Shown here one piece after another: positions 1-9,731 of a stretch of 64,000 nucleotides of DNA. The notes below the pieces were generated by a model, which searched no databases, had not been told where the DNA came from, and saw nothing but the letters and a program-made list of their open reading frames with translations. The position numbers and the translations under genes are program-made. Every line of letters begins with the position of its first letter. Positions within the stretch are counted from its first letter, which is position 1. Source of the DNA: an uncultured beta proteobacterium (GTDB taxonomy: Bacteria; Pseudomonadota; Gammaproteobacteria; Burkholderiales; Usitatibacteraceae); assembly GCA_963824135.1 (NCBI GenBank), contig CAWGOH010000008.1, positions 22-64,021 of the forward strand, read 5' to 3'.

Positions 1-27
1 GGTGGCATGGACGGCATGGACATGTAA
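1..27 (+). CDS. groL: 3' terminus (8 codons plus TAA) of a gene upstream of the window; Gly/Met-rich tail typical of chaperonin GroEL
   Basis: Frame 1 reads GGMDGMDM-stop. GGM-type repeats at the extreme C-terminus are a GroEL hallmark. Only 8 codons are visible. Confidence 0.4.
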   Translation, partial: GGMDGMDM

Positions 28-39
28 TTTCCTCTCCCT

Positions 40-61
40 CCCCTCTCCCTTGGGAGAGGGG
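40..61. repeat. REP-like intergenic palindrome CCCCTCTCCC-tt-GGGAGAGGGG, followed by GCCGGGGGTGAGGGTG
   Basis: Perfect 10-bp inverted repeat read directly. Elements of the CCTCTCCC/GGGAGAGG..GGTGAGGG type are common between genes in GC-rich proteobacteria. Confidence 0.4.
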
Positions 62-87
62 CCGGGGGTGAGGGTGCAGCATCACGG

Positions 88-118
88 AAAGGCCCGCCTC
101 GGCGGGCCTTTTCATTTT
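88..118 (+). terminator. Rho-independent terminator, probably for the upstream plus-strand gene; it abuts the stop of the minus-strand peptidase gene
   Basis: AAAGGCCCGC-ctcg-GCGGGCCTTT stem-loop followed by TCATTTT. Confidence 0.6.
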
Positions 119-1581
119 GGCTTCCCGTCCGCCCAGTTCCACAGCGTGCGCACCGCGCGCAGGCTGCGCTGGTGGGGCGAGAGCCCGCCGCGCCAGGGCA
201 CGAGGACGTCGGGCTCGACGCCTTCGACCTCGTTCGTCCCGTCGGCGCGGTAGCGCACGCAATCGGGAAGCTTGAGCCGGGCGCCGGAGCGGGCCAGCCG
301 GATCGCCATCCCCCCGCTCGTGTAGCCGCATCCCGACCCGTGGGTCGGCGTCCCGATGATCGTGGCGCGGCGGTTGTCCTGCAGCGTGGCCGCGAAGAGC
401 TCGGCGGCCGAGGCCGTCCCGCCGTTCACGAGGACGGCGAGCGGGCCGCGATACACGCCCTCGGTGAACTCGTATCGCGAGAGCATGTAGAGGGCGTGGT
501 CCGATTGCAGTCCCTCGAGGCTCGCGCGCGGCGGCTCTTCGAGCGCCCCCGTCGAGCGCAGCATCGGCGGCCCGACGAGGGGGCAGGCCTTCGCGCCGCT
601 CCACACCGCCGCGCGGTCGCAGGGCTCCGCCGCGATGCGCTTGGCCTCCGCGAGGGTCGCCCTGGCCGCGGTGAGGCTCGCGCGCAGTTCCTCGGACAGG
701 CCGCCGCGCGCGAGGTCCGCCTCCACGTCGCGCAGGCGCAGTCCCAGCTCGCGGACCCAGTGGGGATGGCGGATGAAGGACATCCGCGGGGCGGCCACGC
801 CCGGCGCCGTGACGATTCGCGCGGCGGCCTCCGCCCAGTCGCTGCCCCCTCCATTGCCCGTGATGTCGATCACGATCGCGTCGACGCGCCGCCCGGCGAG
901 CGCCGCGAGCTGCGTGGCGAGCGTGCGCGACATGCGCCGCTCCACCTCGCTGCCCAGCCGCCGCTCGCAGTCGCCGTCGCAGGCGGCGGGCGAATGCAGC
1001 CTCTCGCAGATTTCCGGGTAGGCCGAGTCCATGAAGAGCGGGATGCGCAGGATGCCGAGCTGCGCGCCGTTCGGCGTGGTGAGAATCCCCGCCGGGAACG
1101 ACGCGGAGGCCTCGCCCGGGAGGGGCTCGTAGTTCCCGGCGGCGCCGAAGTCCATGCCCTTGTCGCGCCAGGGACGGTAGCCGAGGTCGGCGCAGGACCT
1201 GGCGGGCGCAGCCGTCGGCGCGGCGGACGCAGGCGGCGAGGCGGGCGGCTCGGGCGGCTGCGGCCAGTCGAGGCGCACGTGCCCGTCGCCGAACTCCGCG
1301 AGGAAGCGCTCGAAGATCCGGCGCGCCTCGTCGTCGCTCGCGGCCTTGGCGAGCTGCGCCTCGGCTCTCGCCGAGAGCGCCGGCAGGTCCATGCGGCGCG
1401 CCTCGACGGCCCAGTCGAGGTTGGCGTAGGCGGCCGCGAGCTCCTTCCGGAGTTGCACGAAGTCGGTGCGCCAGGCCTCGGCGTCGTAGGCGAGGGCCGG
1501 CGCCGTCCCGGCGAGGATCGCCAGCGCCGAGGCGAGGGCGGCCCGGGCCGCCCGGCCCGGCCAACGCGTGGAAATTGCCAT
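112..1581 (-). CDS. Secreted S41-family (C-terminal processing / tail-specific) peptidase
   Basis: Intact 489-aa ORF with a signal peptide (ALASALAILAGTAPALA). VLVNGGTASAAELFAATLQDNRRATIIGTPTHG resembles the catalytic-Ser region of S41 peptidases. Confidence 0.8.
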   Translation of the reverse strand: MAISTRWPGRAARAALASALAILAGTAPALAYDAEAWRTDFVQLRKELAAAYANLDWAVEARRMDLPALSARAEAQLAKAASDDEARRIFERFLAEFGDGHVRLDWPQPPEPPASPPASAAPTAAPARSCADLGYRPWRDKGMDFGAAGNYEPLPGEASASFPAGILTTPNGAQLGILRIPLFMDSAYPEICERLHSPAACDGDCERRLGSEVERRMSRTLATQLAALAGRRVDAIVIDITGNGGGSDWAEAAARIVTAPGVAAPRMSFIRHPHWVRELGLRLRDVEADLARGGLSEELRASLTAARATLAEAKRIAAEPCDRAAVWSGAKACPLVGPPMLRSTGALEEPPRASLEGLQSDHALYMLSRYEFTEGVYRGPLAVLVNGGTASAAELFAATLQDNRRATIIGTPTHGSGCGYTSGGMAIRLARSGARLKLPDCVRYRADGTNEVEGVEPDVLVPWRGGLSPHQRSLRAVRTLWNWADGKPK

Positions 1582-1706
1582 GTGAAAGTCTCCGTCCGGC
1601 GACGGGCCGGCTTGCGCAAAGGCGAAATGCTAGCCGAACGGGGCCCGCGGCCGCACTGACCCTCCGATTCGCGCCTTTGCGCCGCCGCAAGAGGGGGCGG
1701 ACCGGG

Positions 1707-3359
1707 ATGCGCGATGATGTGGTCCTCTCCCCGAAGTCCCCCCGCGCCATGCAAGTCGTCGACCTCGCCCCCGCCATCGTCCTGACCGCCGTCGGGGGCG
1801 TCCTCGCGCCCTGGTCCCGGATGCCCCTGCCGATCTTCCTCGTGGTGGTGGGGGCCGCGGCCTCGTTCCTGCCCGGGCTGCAGGCGGTGAAGGTCGATCC
1901 CGAGGTGTTCCTGCTGCTCTTCATCCCCCCGCTGCTCTTCGCCGACGCGCGCGTGCTGCCCCGGCGCGACCTGCTGCACGTGCTGAAGCCGGTGCTTCTC
2001 ATGGCGCTCGGCCTCGTGGTGCTCACGGTGGTCGCGGTGGGCTACTTCATCCACTGGCTCATCCCGAGCATTCCCCTCGCGGTGGCGTTCACCCTGGGCG
2101 CCATCGTCTCGCCGACCGACGCCGTGGCGACGGCCGCGACGACCGCGACCATGCCCCTGCCGGCGCGCGTGGCGCACATCGTGAACGCCGAGAGCCTGCT
2201 CAACGACGCCACCGGCCTCGTGGCCTTCAAGCTCGCGGTGGCGGCCGCGGTGGCGGCGAACAACGTCTCGATGAACGAGGTCACCGGCCAGTTCGTCATC
2301 CTGTCGGGCGGCGGCCTGATGGTCGGCATCGTGATCGAATGGCTCGGGCGCAAGTTCCGCGAGCGGCTCATCCGGCTGAGGAAGGACGACCCGGTCGTGC
2401 AGACGCTGCTCACGGTGCTCGTGCCCTACTCGGCGTACCTGGTGGCGGAGGCGTTCCACGTCTCCGGCATCCTCGCCGTGGTCGCCTCGGGCCTGTGGGC
2501 GGGAGGCCAGGAGGTGAAGGGCCTCTCGGTGGAAAGCCGGCGCCACGCGCGCGAGGTGTGGCGCATGATCGCCTGGTTCTTCAACGGCCTCGTGTTCGTG
2601 CTGCTCGGGCTGCAGCTGCGGCAGATGATCGCCGGCGTGGCGGGCCACGACGCGCTGCACCTGGCGATGTGGGCCATCGCCCTGTGGGCGGCGCTCATGG
2701 CCATCCGGCTCGCCTGGGTGTGGGGGTCGGGCTACGCGCGCTTCCACTTCGGCTGGGGATGGGCGGGCGGCAGCGAGGGGCCGGACTCGCGGCGCATGTT
2801 CCTCGTGGGCTGGGCGGCGGTGCGCGGCTCGATCACGCTCGCCACCGTGCTCTCGATCCCGCTCCTCACGCAGGCGGGCGATCCCTTCCCCGAGCGCGAC
2901 CTCGTCGTGTTCCTCGCGGCGGCCACCATCATCCTCACGCTGGGGCTCAACGGCCTCACGCTGCCGTGGATCATCCCGCGCCTGCACGCCAAGGACGACC
3001 CGCAAGGGCCCATCGAGGAGGCGCACGCGCGCGTGGAGCTCGCGAGAGCGGCCATCTCCGTGGTGCAGCCCGCCCTCGAAAGGCTCGACCAGGAGGAGGA
3101 CCGGGCGTTCGCGCGCGCGCTGCTCGCGCGCTACCAGGGCAAGGTGGACCTGCGCGAGAGCCCGCCCGAGCTCGCCGCCCGGCGCGCCGAGCGCATCGGC
3201 GCCGCCCGCCAGCTGCGGCTCGACGGGATCGCGGCGGAGCGGGCGCGCCTGGACGAGCTCCTCAAGGCCGACGAAATCAACGACGAGACGGCGCGGCTCA
3301 TCGAGGAGGAGCTCGACGAGCGCGAGCTCGTGACCTCCGCCGACCCCGACAAGGGCTAG
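1707..3359 (+). CDS. Na+/H+ antiporter, CPA1 family
   Basis: Multi-TM ORF with GAIVSPTDAVA and ESLLNDATGLVAFK motifs typical of CPA1 exchangers, plus a charged cytoplasmic tail. The ORF opens at 1575; ATG 1707 is chosen and 1749 is also possible. Confidence 0.85.
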   Translation: MRDDVVLSPKSPRAMQVVDLAPAIVLTAVGGVLAPWSRMPLPIFLVVVGAAASFLPGLQAVKVDPEVFLLLFIPPLLFADARVLPRRDLLHVLKPVLLMALGLVVLTVVAVGYFIHWLIPSIPLAVAFTLGAIVSPTDAVATAATTATMPLPARVAHIVNAESLLNDATGLVAFKLAVAAAVAANNVSMNEVTGQFVILSGGGLMVGIVIEWLGRKFRERLIRLRKDDPVVQTLLTVLVPYSAYLVAEAFHVSGILAVVASGLWAGGQEVKGLSVESRRHAREVWRMIAWFFNGLVFVLLGLQLRQMIAGVAGHDALHLAMWAIALWAALMAIRLAWVWGSGYARFHFGWGWAGGSEGPDSRRMFLVGWAAVRGSITLATVLSIPLLTQAGDPFPERDLVVFLAAATIILTLGLNGLTLPWIIPRLHAKDDPQGPIEEAHARVELARAAISVVQPALERLDQEEDRAFARALLARYQGKVDLRESPPELAARRAERIGAARQLRLDGIAAERARLDELLKADEINDETARLIEEELDERELVTSADPDKG

Positions 3360-4234
3360 AGGCGCCGGGTGCGGACCTCCGGCGCGTGCATCTCGCGCCT
3401 CAGGAATCCCAGCTTGCGGCTGCGCTCGAGCCGCTGCGCGAGCCTCGGGAAGTCGAGGCCGAAGCGGGCGCGCATCGCGCTCGCCTCGCCCTCCATCCAG
3501 CGCCAGCGCGGCTCGAAGGCCGGGTCGCGGAAGGCGAAGGCCACGTAGTTCCCGTCGTCGGCGATGGGCAGCAGGATCACGTTGCCGTCGAACACGGTGC
3601 GCAGCATCTCCAGGTGGGCGATGCGCTCGGCCTTGGGGCCCACGAGGTTCGCGACCACCAGGCCCTTCTTCGGCAGGAGCGCGCGCAAGTCCTGGTAGAA
3701 CTCGCGCGTGCACAGCGTCGGCGCCACGCCGTCGCGGTCGAAGGCGTCGACCACCACGACCTCCGGGCGGCTTTCGCACCGCGCGACGAAATCGGCCGCG
3801 TCGCCGCGCACGACGCGGAAGCGCTCGCTGTCCGCGGGCAGCAGGAACTGCTCGCGGAAGGCGATCACGTCCGGGTCGATCTCCACCACGGTGAGGCGCG
3901 CCCCCGGCAGGTGGCGGTGGCAGTACCGGGCGAGCGAGCCCCCGCCCAGGCCCAGCATGAGGATCGAGCGCGGCTCCGGGAGGAAGAGCAGGAACCCCAT
4001 CATCTTGCGCGTGTAGGCGAACGCGAGCTCGTACGGGTCGGCGAGCCGCATCTCGCTCTGGATGAAGTCGCGCGTGAAGTAGAGGCAGCGCGCGCCGTCG
4101 TCCTCGATCACGAAGGGCTTGCCGTAGCGCTTGGCGAGGACGCTGTCGACGAGCGCCTCGGTGTCGCCGCCGGGCGGCTCCAGCAGGCGGATCACGCCGC
4201 CTTCGTTGGCGAAGGGGTTCGGCAGCTCCAGCAT
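3356..4234 (-). CDS. Spermidine synthase-like (class I methyltransferase fold) protein
   Basis: Intact 292-aa ORF. LGLGGGSLARY, VVEIDPDVI and VVVDAFD motifs match the aminopropyltransferase/SAM-binding fold. It lies 6 nt downstream of the DUF349 gene. Confidence 0.7.
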   Translation of the reverse strand: MLELPNPFANEGGVIRLLEPPGGDTEALVDSVLAKRYGKPFVIEDDGARCLYFTRDFIQSEMRLADPYELAFAYTRKMMGFLLFLPEPRSILMLGLGGGSLARYCHRHLPGARLTVVEIDPDVIAFREQFLLPADSERFRVVRGDAADFVARCESRPEVVVVDAFDRDGVAPTLCTREFYQDLRALLPKKGLVVANLVGPKAERIAHLEMLRTVFDGNVILLPIADDGNYVAFAFRDPAFEPRWRWMEGEASAMRARFGLDFPRLAQRLERSRKLGFLRREMHAPEVRTRRL

Positions 4235-4240
4235 GGGCCT

Positions 4241-7023
4241 CTAGCGGGGCTGGCCCATCGCGGCGAAGAGGCGGTCGCGGCGCTCGCCGTCGCGCCCGTC
4301 GATCACGCCCGGCTGCGCGCACCAACCCAGGAGCCGGTCGCTGGCCGACAGCGCCGCCGCGCCGCCGCCGAAGCGCTCCTTGAGCATCTTCACCTGCAGC
4401 GCGAGCCGCTGCGGCTGCAGGTCGGCGGGGCTCTCGAGGCCGAACGCCATCTCGAGCTCGAGGAGCGCCTCGCGCCGCGCCTGCGCGCTGCCTTCGATTC
4501 TCTGCCGGTGGCTGCCCGCGGCGGCGGGATCGGCCAGGGCCGCGAGCGCCGCGTCGCGCCGCGCGAGCATCTTCTTCTCCCAGGCCGAAGGCAGCTCCGG
4601 CAGCGCGCCCCAGCGCTCCTGCCACGCCTCGGGGGACTCGGAATCCGCGCCGGCGACGAGGGCCGACTCGAGCGCCTCGCACAGGACTTCCTTCTCGGCG
4701 AGGGTCTTCCACACGGCCGCCTCGCGCGAACGCGCGCGCGTCGACAGGGCGCCCTCGACGCTCTTCACCGCGCTGCGGAAGCGGCCCTCGAGGGGGCGCA
4801 GCAGCGGGTCGGGGCTGCGCGTGAGCGCGCGCCACCGGTCCTGCAGCTCGCGAAAGGCGGTGCGGACTTCCTTCTCTTCCTTGTCGGTCGCGCGGGCGAG
4901 GCCCTCGAGCTGCGCGCACACCTCCTCGAGGGAGCGGCGCCCGTCTTCCTTGCGGCCGACGACTTCCTTGTGCTTTTCGTGCCGCGCCGCGAACACCGCG
5001 TCGCAGGCCGCGCGGAAGCGCTCCCACAGGCCGCGCTCGTCGCGCTGGGTGAGCGGGTGCGCCTTCGAGTGTTCCTGCCAGCGCGCCTGCACCGCCTTCA
5101 CCAGCGCGGGCGACTCGCGCTCGAGGGCGCGGGGCAGGAGCGCCTCGACTTCGGCGATCAGGGCCTGGCGCCCGGACTTCGCCTCGTCGCGCGCGGCGCC
5201 CAGCAGCGCGCGGGCGGGCGCGAGCGCCTCCTTGAGGCGCGCGTCGAGCTTCTTCCAGGACGCCGGATCGACGCTGCCCAGGCCGCCTTCGCGCCAGGCG
5301 CGGTCGGTCTCGCGCAGCCATTTCTCGACGGCGCGCAGGTCCGGCGTCTCGGTGAGCAGGGTGGGGAGGTGCGCGGCGGCGGTGGCGATGAACTCGTCGC
5401 GCTGCTTGCGCGCGAGCTTCCTTTGCGCGGCCAGCTCCTTGAAATGCTGCGCGGCCGGCGCGTAGGCCTTCTCGCAGGCGCCGTCGAAGCGCTCCCACAG
5501 GGCGCGAGGCACGCCGGCATGCTGCGCGTCGAGCGCCTTCCACTCCTCGCGCAGCTTCTTCACCTCGGCCGCCGTGCGGGCGGCGTCGAGGCCCTGCGTG
5601 GCGAGCGCCTCGGCCCTCTCGCACAGCTGCGTGCGCGCGGTGTTCTGGCCGAAGGACTCCCAGCGCTCCAGCTCGCCCAGCTGCTGGCCCACGCGGCCCA
5701 TGCGGCTCTGCGTCGGCTTCGGCAGGGCGCCGGCCCCGGTCTTCAGCGCCTTCATCTCGTTCACGGCGGCGCGCGCGTCGTGCAGGTGGCCCGCGGCGAG
5801 CGCCTGCTCGGCGGCGAGGAGGAGCGCGTGCATGCGGTCCTGCGCGGCGCCGGCCTCCTCGCGCGCGGCCTGGGCCTGCGCGAGCCGGCGCTGCTCGATC
5901 ACCATGAGCGCGGACTCGAAGCGGCGCGAGAGCGCGGGCGTGCGGATGCCGCGGTCGAGCGCCTGCCAGCGCTCCGGAAGCTGGGCGTTGTCCACCGAGG
6001 TGTCGGCGGCCAGGCGCTCGGCTTCGACCACGAGCGCCTCGGCGCCGGCGAGCGCCTGCAGCTCCAGCGCCCAGGCGTCGATGCGCGCGCCGCGCCTGCT
6101 CGAGGCGGCCGGACACGGCGTCGTCGCCGAGCGCGCGCGCCTCTTCCTTCAGCGCGGCGAGCTGCGCGCGCAGCCCTTCGAGCGCCTCCGGGCCGTCCGG
6201 CGTGGCGAGGGCAGCGACCCATTCGGCGACGCGGCGCTCGAACCGGGCGCGGGCGGCCTGGTCGGCCTGCTCGCGGTCGAATCGCGCCTGCAGCGCGCGG
6301 CGCGCGGCGTCGCAGCGCTCGAGGCGGGCGGGATCGGCGCGCATGTCGAGCGCCTGCCAGCGGCGGTTCAGGTCCACCACGGCCGTGAGGATGGGGCCGG
6401 GCGTGCCGGCGAGCGCCTCGAGCTGGGCGAGGATCGCGTCGGCCTCGTTCGCCTGGCCCTCGCGGTCCTTCATGGCTTCCAGGCGCTGCTTCGCGAGGCG
6501 CGCGACCCCGCGGTCCTTGTTCTTGGCCGCCTCGGCGAGCGAGGCGAGGCCCTCGGGCGTGTGCACGCACTCGGCCGCCGCGAGGCGCGTCTCGGCATGC
6601 CCGCCCGACAGCGCGAGCGCGACGAGGAGGGGCTCGTCGCGGATGCCCGCGATGGCGGCGAGGCGCCGTTCGGCGTCCTTCGCGTGCCGGGCGACCTCGG
6701 CCCGGATCGCGTCCGTGCAGCCGGCCGACTCGAGGAAGGCGCGGGCCGCCGCCGCGTCGTGCGTCTCGGAGAGCGCCGCGCCCAGGGCGGAGGCGAGCGC
6801 CTCGCGCACGGAGGCGTCCGCCTCGCTGTCCCAGGCGGCGGCAAGCGCCGCGAGATCGCGAGCAGCGGGCGGCCGCGGCGGCCCGGACTTCCGCTTCCGG
6901 GTCGCCGGCGACGAGGGCTGCCAGCTCGGCCGCGTCGGGGGCGAGCTGCGCCACGCCCAGGATGCGCTGGGCGGCGTCGGCATGCTCGTGAAGGGGAGTG
7001 CGGGAGAAGAGCCGGGTGACCAT
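4241..7023 (-). CDS. Large DUF349 repeat protein, reading frame broken twice (near 6860 and 6050)
   Basis: Repeated W..L..(E/D)..LW.RF..A.D.F units (e.g. EEWKALDAQHAGVPRALWERFDGACEKAY) run through three frames: 7023-6860, 6860-6050 and 6031-4241. The N-terminus is MVTRLFSRTPL. Confidence 0.7.
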
Positions 7024-7195
7024 GGGGGGCGGGAATGTCGGTGCGGGAGCGCGCTCGGGACGATGCGCCAACCCGAATGATAATCCCGGACGGCAGCCCC
7101 ACGGTTGCCGATGCCCGGAATCGCGCCCGTTTGATCTGCGTCAGCCCCCTCGCATTGCATACCCCCCCGCCGGCGTAATAGAGTGCGGGACGAAA

Positions 7196-7212
7196 TTATC
7201 GAAAATCGATAA
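7196..7212. promoter_or_regulatory. Candidate operator: perfect palindrome TTATCGA-AAA-TCGATAA just upstream of padR
   Basis: 7-bp inverted arms in a locally AT-rich patch of a GC-rich genome, ending 10 nt before the PadR start codon. Confidence 0.4.
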
Positions 7213-7222
7213 CGAAACTCCG

Positions 7223-7601
7223 ATGGTCGGCGAACGGGAGATCTACGGCGGGCTGATCCGGCTGCACGTGCTGCACCACGCCTGCCCATGAGCCGATCTT
7301 CGGGCAGGGGATCATGGACGAGCTCGCGCACCACGGCTACCGGCTGAGCCCGGGCACGATGTACCCGATCCTGCACGGGCTGGAGAAGGGCGGGTACCTG
7401 AAGTCGGCGGTCGAGAAGGACGGCAAGCGCAGCCGGCGCACCTACGTGGCCACCGCGGCGGGAAGGAAGGCGCTGCGAGCGGCCAAGGGAAGGGTCTGGG
7501 AGCTGTTCAGGGAGCTGTTCGAGGAAGAGCTGTCGAGCGGGTTGCAGGGTGGCGGGATGCGGGACCGGAAGATCACGAAGACAAAGGGAGACGGGCAATG
7601 A
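7223..7601 (+). CDS. PadR-family transcriptional regulator (one frame break near 7290)
   Basis: MVGEREIYGGLIRLHVLHHA is in one frame; EPIFGQGIMDELAHHGYRLSPGTMYPILHGLEKGGYL..RRTYVATAAGRKAL is in the next. This is the canonical PadR winged-helix signature. Confidence 0.75.
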
Positions 7602-9495
7602 GTACGCATTCGGGTTTCAGGTGGTCGGGAATGGCCGCGGCCGCCGTCCTCGCTTTCGCGCCGCTCGGCGCGCTGGCGCAGGCGATCGGCGGGACGGTGA
7701 CGGACGGCGGCAAGCGGGCGGTTTCCGGGGCGACGGTGTTCCTCGTGCCCGCGGCCGACGTGGCGAAGCTGAAGAAGGCGCCCTCGTTCAACATCCGCCG
7801 CAACGTGGACGACGACGAGCCGATGGACGACAGCATCGCGGCCCACGGCGACAAGTACACGCAGGCCGTCACGGACGGCAGCGGCGCGTTCAGCATCGCC
7901 AATGCGGCGCCCGGCAAGTACTTCGTGTACGTCGTGCCGGACGACGACCGGCACCTGCCCGGCGGCACGCTCACCAACAAGTCGATGACCACGGCCGAGC
8001 TCGCGGCGAAGCCGCTCGCGATCCAGGTGTCCGGGAAGACCCCCGCCAACGCGACCTTCGTGGGCAGCTCGAAGTGCATGAAGTGCCACGACGACTACGC
8101 GGGCTTCAAGAAGACGGCGCACAAGCAGGGCATCATGGTGGTGGGCAAGCCCAGCGGCCTGCAGGACATGTCGCGCTTCCCGGCCATGAACGACGGGCTG
8201 AAGAAGCTGCAGGCGGGCACCAAGATGTACTTCCACGGCTACGACAAGGGCCGCGGCTTCGACAAGTACCTGGTTTCCGAGAAGGCGCCCGCCGACATGA
8301 AGACGGTCAGCTTCACGGCGACCTTCTACACGGACAAGGACGGCTCGCTCAAGCTGAAGACCGAGAACGCCCGCGACCCCGCCGACAAGGCGCGCATCTA
8401 CCCGGTCGAGAAGACGTACGGCGGCCCGGTGTACAAGCAGCGCTACCTGATCCGCGTCGGCAACGAGACCTATCCCTTCCTGCAGTACAACACCGAAGGC
8501 AAGGACGCCTGGGCCAACCGCACCCGCAAGCCCTGGCGCGACTACCACGGCGACTGGCTGTTCGACGAGGCCAAGGGCAAGCTCAAGGACCCGCCCAAGG
8601 GCAAGTCCTTCGAGATCCAGTGCGCGTCCTGCCACTACACCGGCTACACGCTCACCCCGACGGTGGAGGGCAACTTCGTCGCCGGCGCGGCCAACGACCC
8701 GAACGGCGAGATGGACATCGACGGCGACGGCGTGCCCAACGAGCTGAACATCGGCTGCGAGATCCTGCCACGGCCCCGGCTCCGAGCACGCCAAGGCGCC
8801 CGCGGGCGCGCAAGGCGTCGATGATCGTGAACCCGGGCAAGCTCGCCTCCGAGCGCTCGATGGTCATCTGCAACCAGTGCCACAGCCGCCCGCAGGGCAC
8901 GCAGAAGAACGACCAGCCGATCAACAAGGACGGCCGCATGCTCACCCCCGGCATCAGCCGCAACGAGTACCTGGTGAACCACACCACCCGCGAGGACGCG
9001 GCGCAGGGCGACTTCTGGCCCGACGGCGTGCACTCCAAGGCGCACCACCAGCAGGCCACGGACCTGGTCCGCTCGAAGCACTACATCAACGAGAACCAGA
9101 TCCTCAACTGCGCCGACTGCCACGACCCGCACGGCAAGGCCGGCATCAAGTTCCAGCTCCTGGCCGAGGCGCGCGACGGCAAGAACTCGCTGTGCGCGAC
9201 CTGCCACAAGGTGGACATGAAGGAGCACACCGCGAAGACGGTGGGCGAGCCGCACACGCGCAAGATCGCCTGCGTCGACTGCCACATGACCAAGACCATG
9301 CAGACGGGCGCGGGCCTGGGCGAGGGCATCGAGGGCAAGGGCGGCAAGAAGTACTGGATGAACGACATCACCTCGCACCTCTTCGACGTGCCGCGCATCA
9401 CCAACAAGGGCGTGAAGGGCGTCGATCCGGGCAATGCCATGCCGATCCCGTACACGAACGCCTGCGGCACCTGCCACGAGGCCGAGAAGATGTAG
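7598..9495 (+). CDS. Secreted octahaem c-type cytochrome with an N-terminal carboxypeptidase-regulatory-like beta-sandwich domain (two frame breaks near 8765 and 8800)
   Basis: Signal peptide AVLAFAPLGALAQA. Eight CxxCH motifs: CMKCH, CASCH, CEICH (restored across the shift, CHGPGSEH), CNQCH, CADCH, CATCH, CVDCH, CGTCH. The ATG overlaps the padR stop (ATGA). Confidence 0.8.
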
Positions 9496-9518
9496 GCCGG
9501 AGCGCGCATCGTTCCCGC

Positions 9519-9550
9519 GAAAGGCCCGCTTCGGCGGGCCTTTCGCTTTG
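9519..9550 (+). terminator. Rho-independent terminator after the cytochrome gene
   Basis: GAAAGGCCCGC-ttcg-GCGGGCCTTTC followed by GCTTTG; nearly identical to the hairpin at 88-111. Confidence 0.6.
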
Positions 9551-9731
9551 GCGGGCAGGGACGGAAATCGCCGGGGCGCCGCGAAAGGCGCGAGGAATTG
9601 TGATGCGGTTCACAAAGCCGCCGTCTCCGTTCGGCGACTTTCTGCCGCCGGTCGGAAATCTGTTGCAGGCGTAACCGTGCCGATGCTCGAATCCCCTGAG
9701 CAGTGCCACGGAAAAACCAGGAGACATCACG

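Noticed and set aside
3356-3359. Convergent genes sharing overlapping stop codons in the palindrome CTAG
   Set aside because: This is a trivial consequence of tight convergent packing. No hairpin or regulatory structure is associated with it.
870-7598. 2242-aa minus-strand ORF spanning the peptidase, antiporter, SpeE-like, DUF349 and PadR regions
   Set aside because: It is a stop-codon-poor artefact of high GC. Most of it is Arg/Pro/Gly/Ala-rich and runs out of frame or antisense to genes with clear family motifs. Only the 6050-6860 stretch is genuinely the DUF349 frame.
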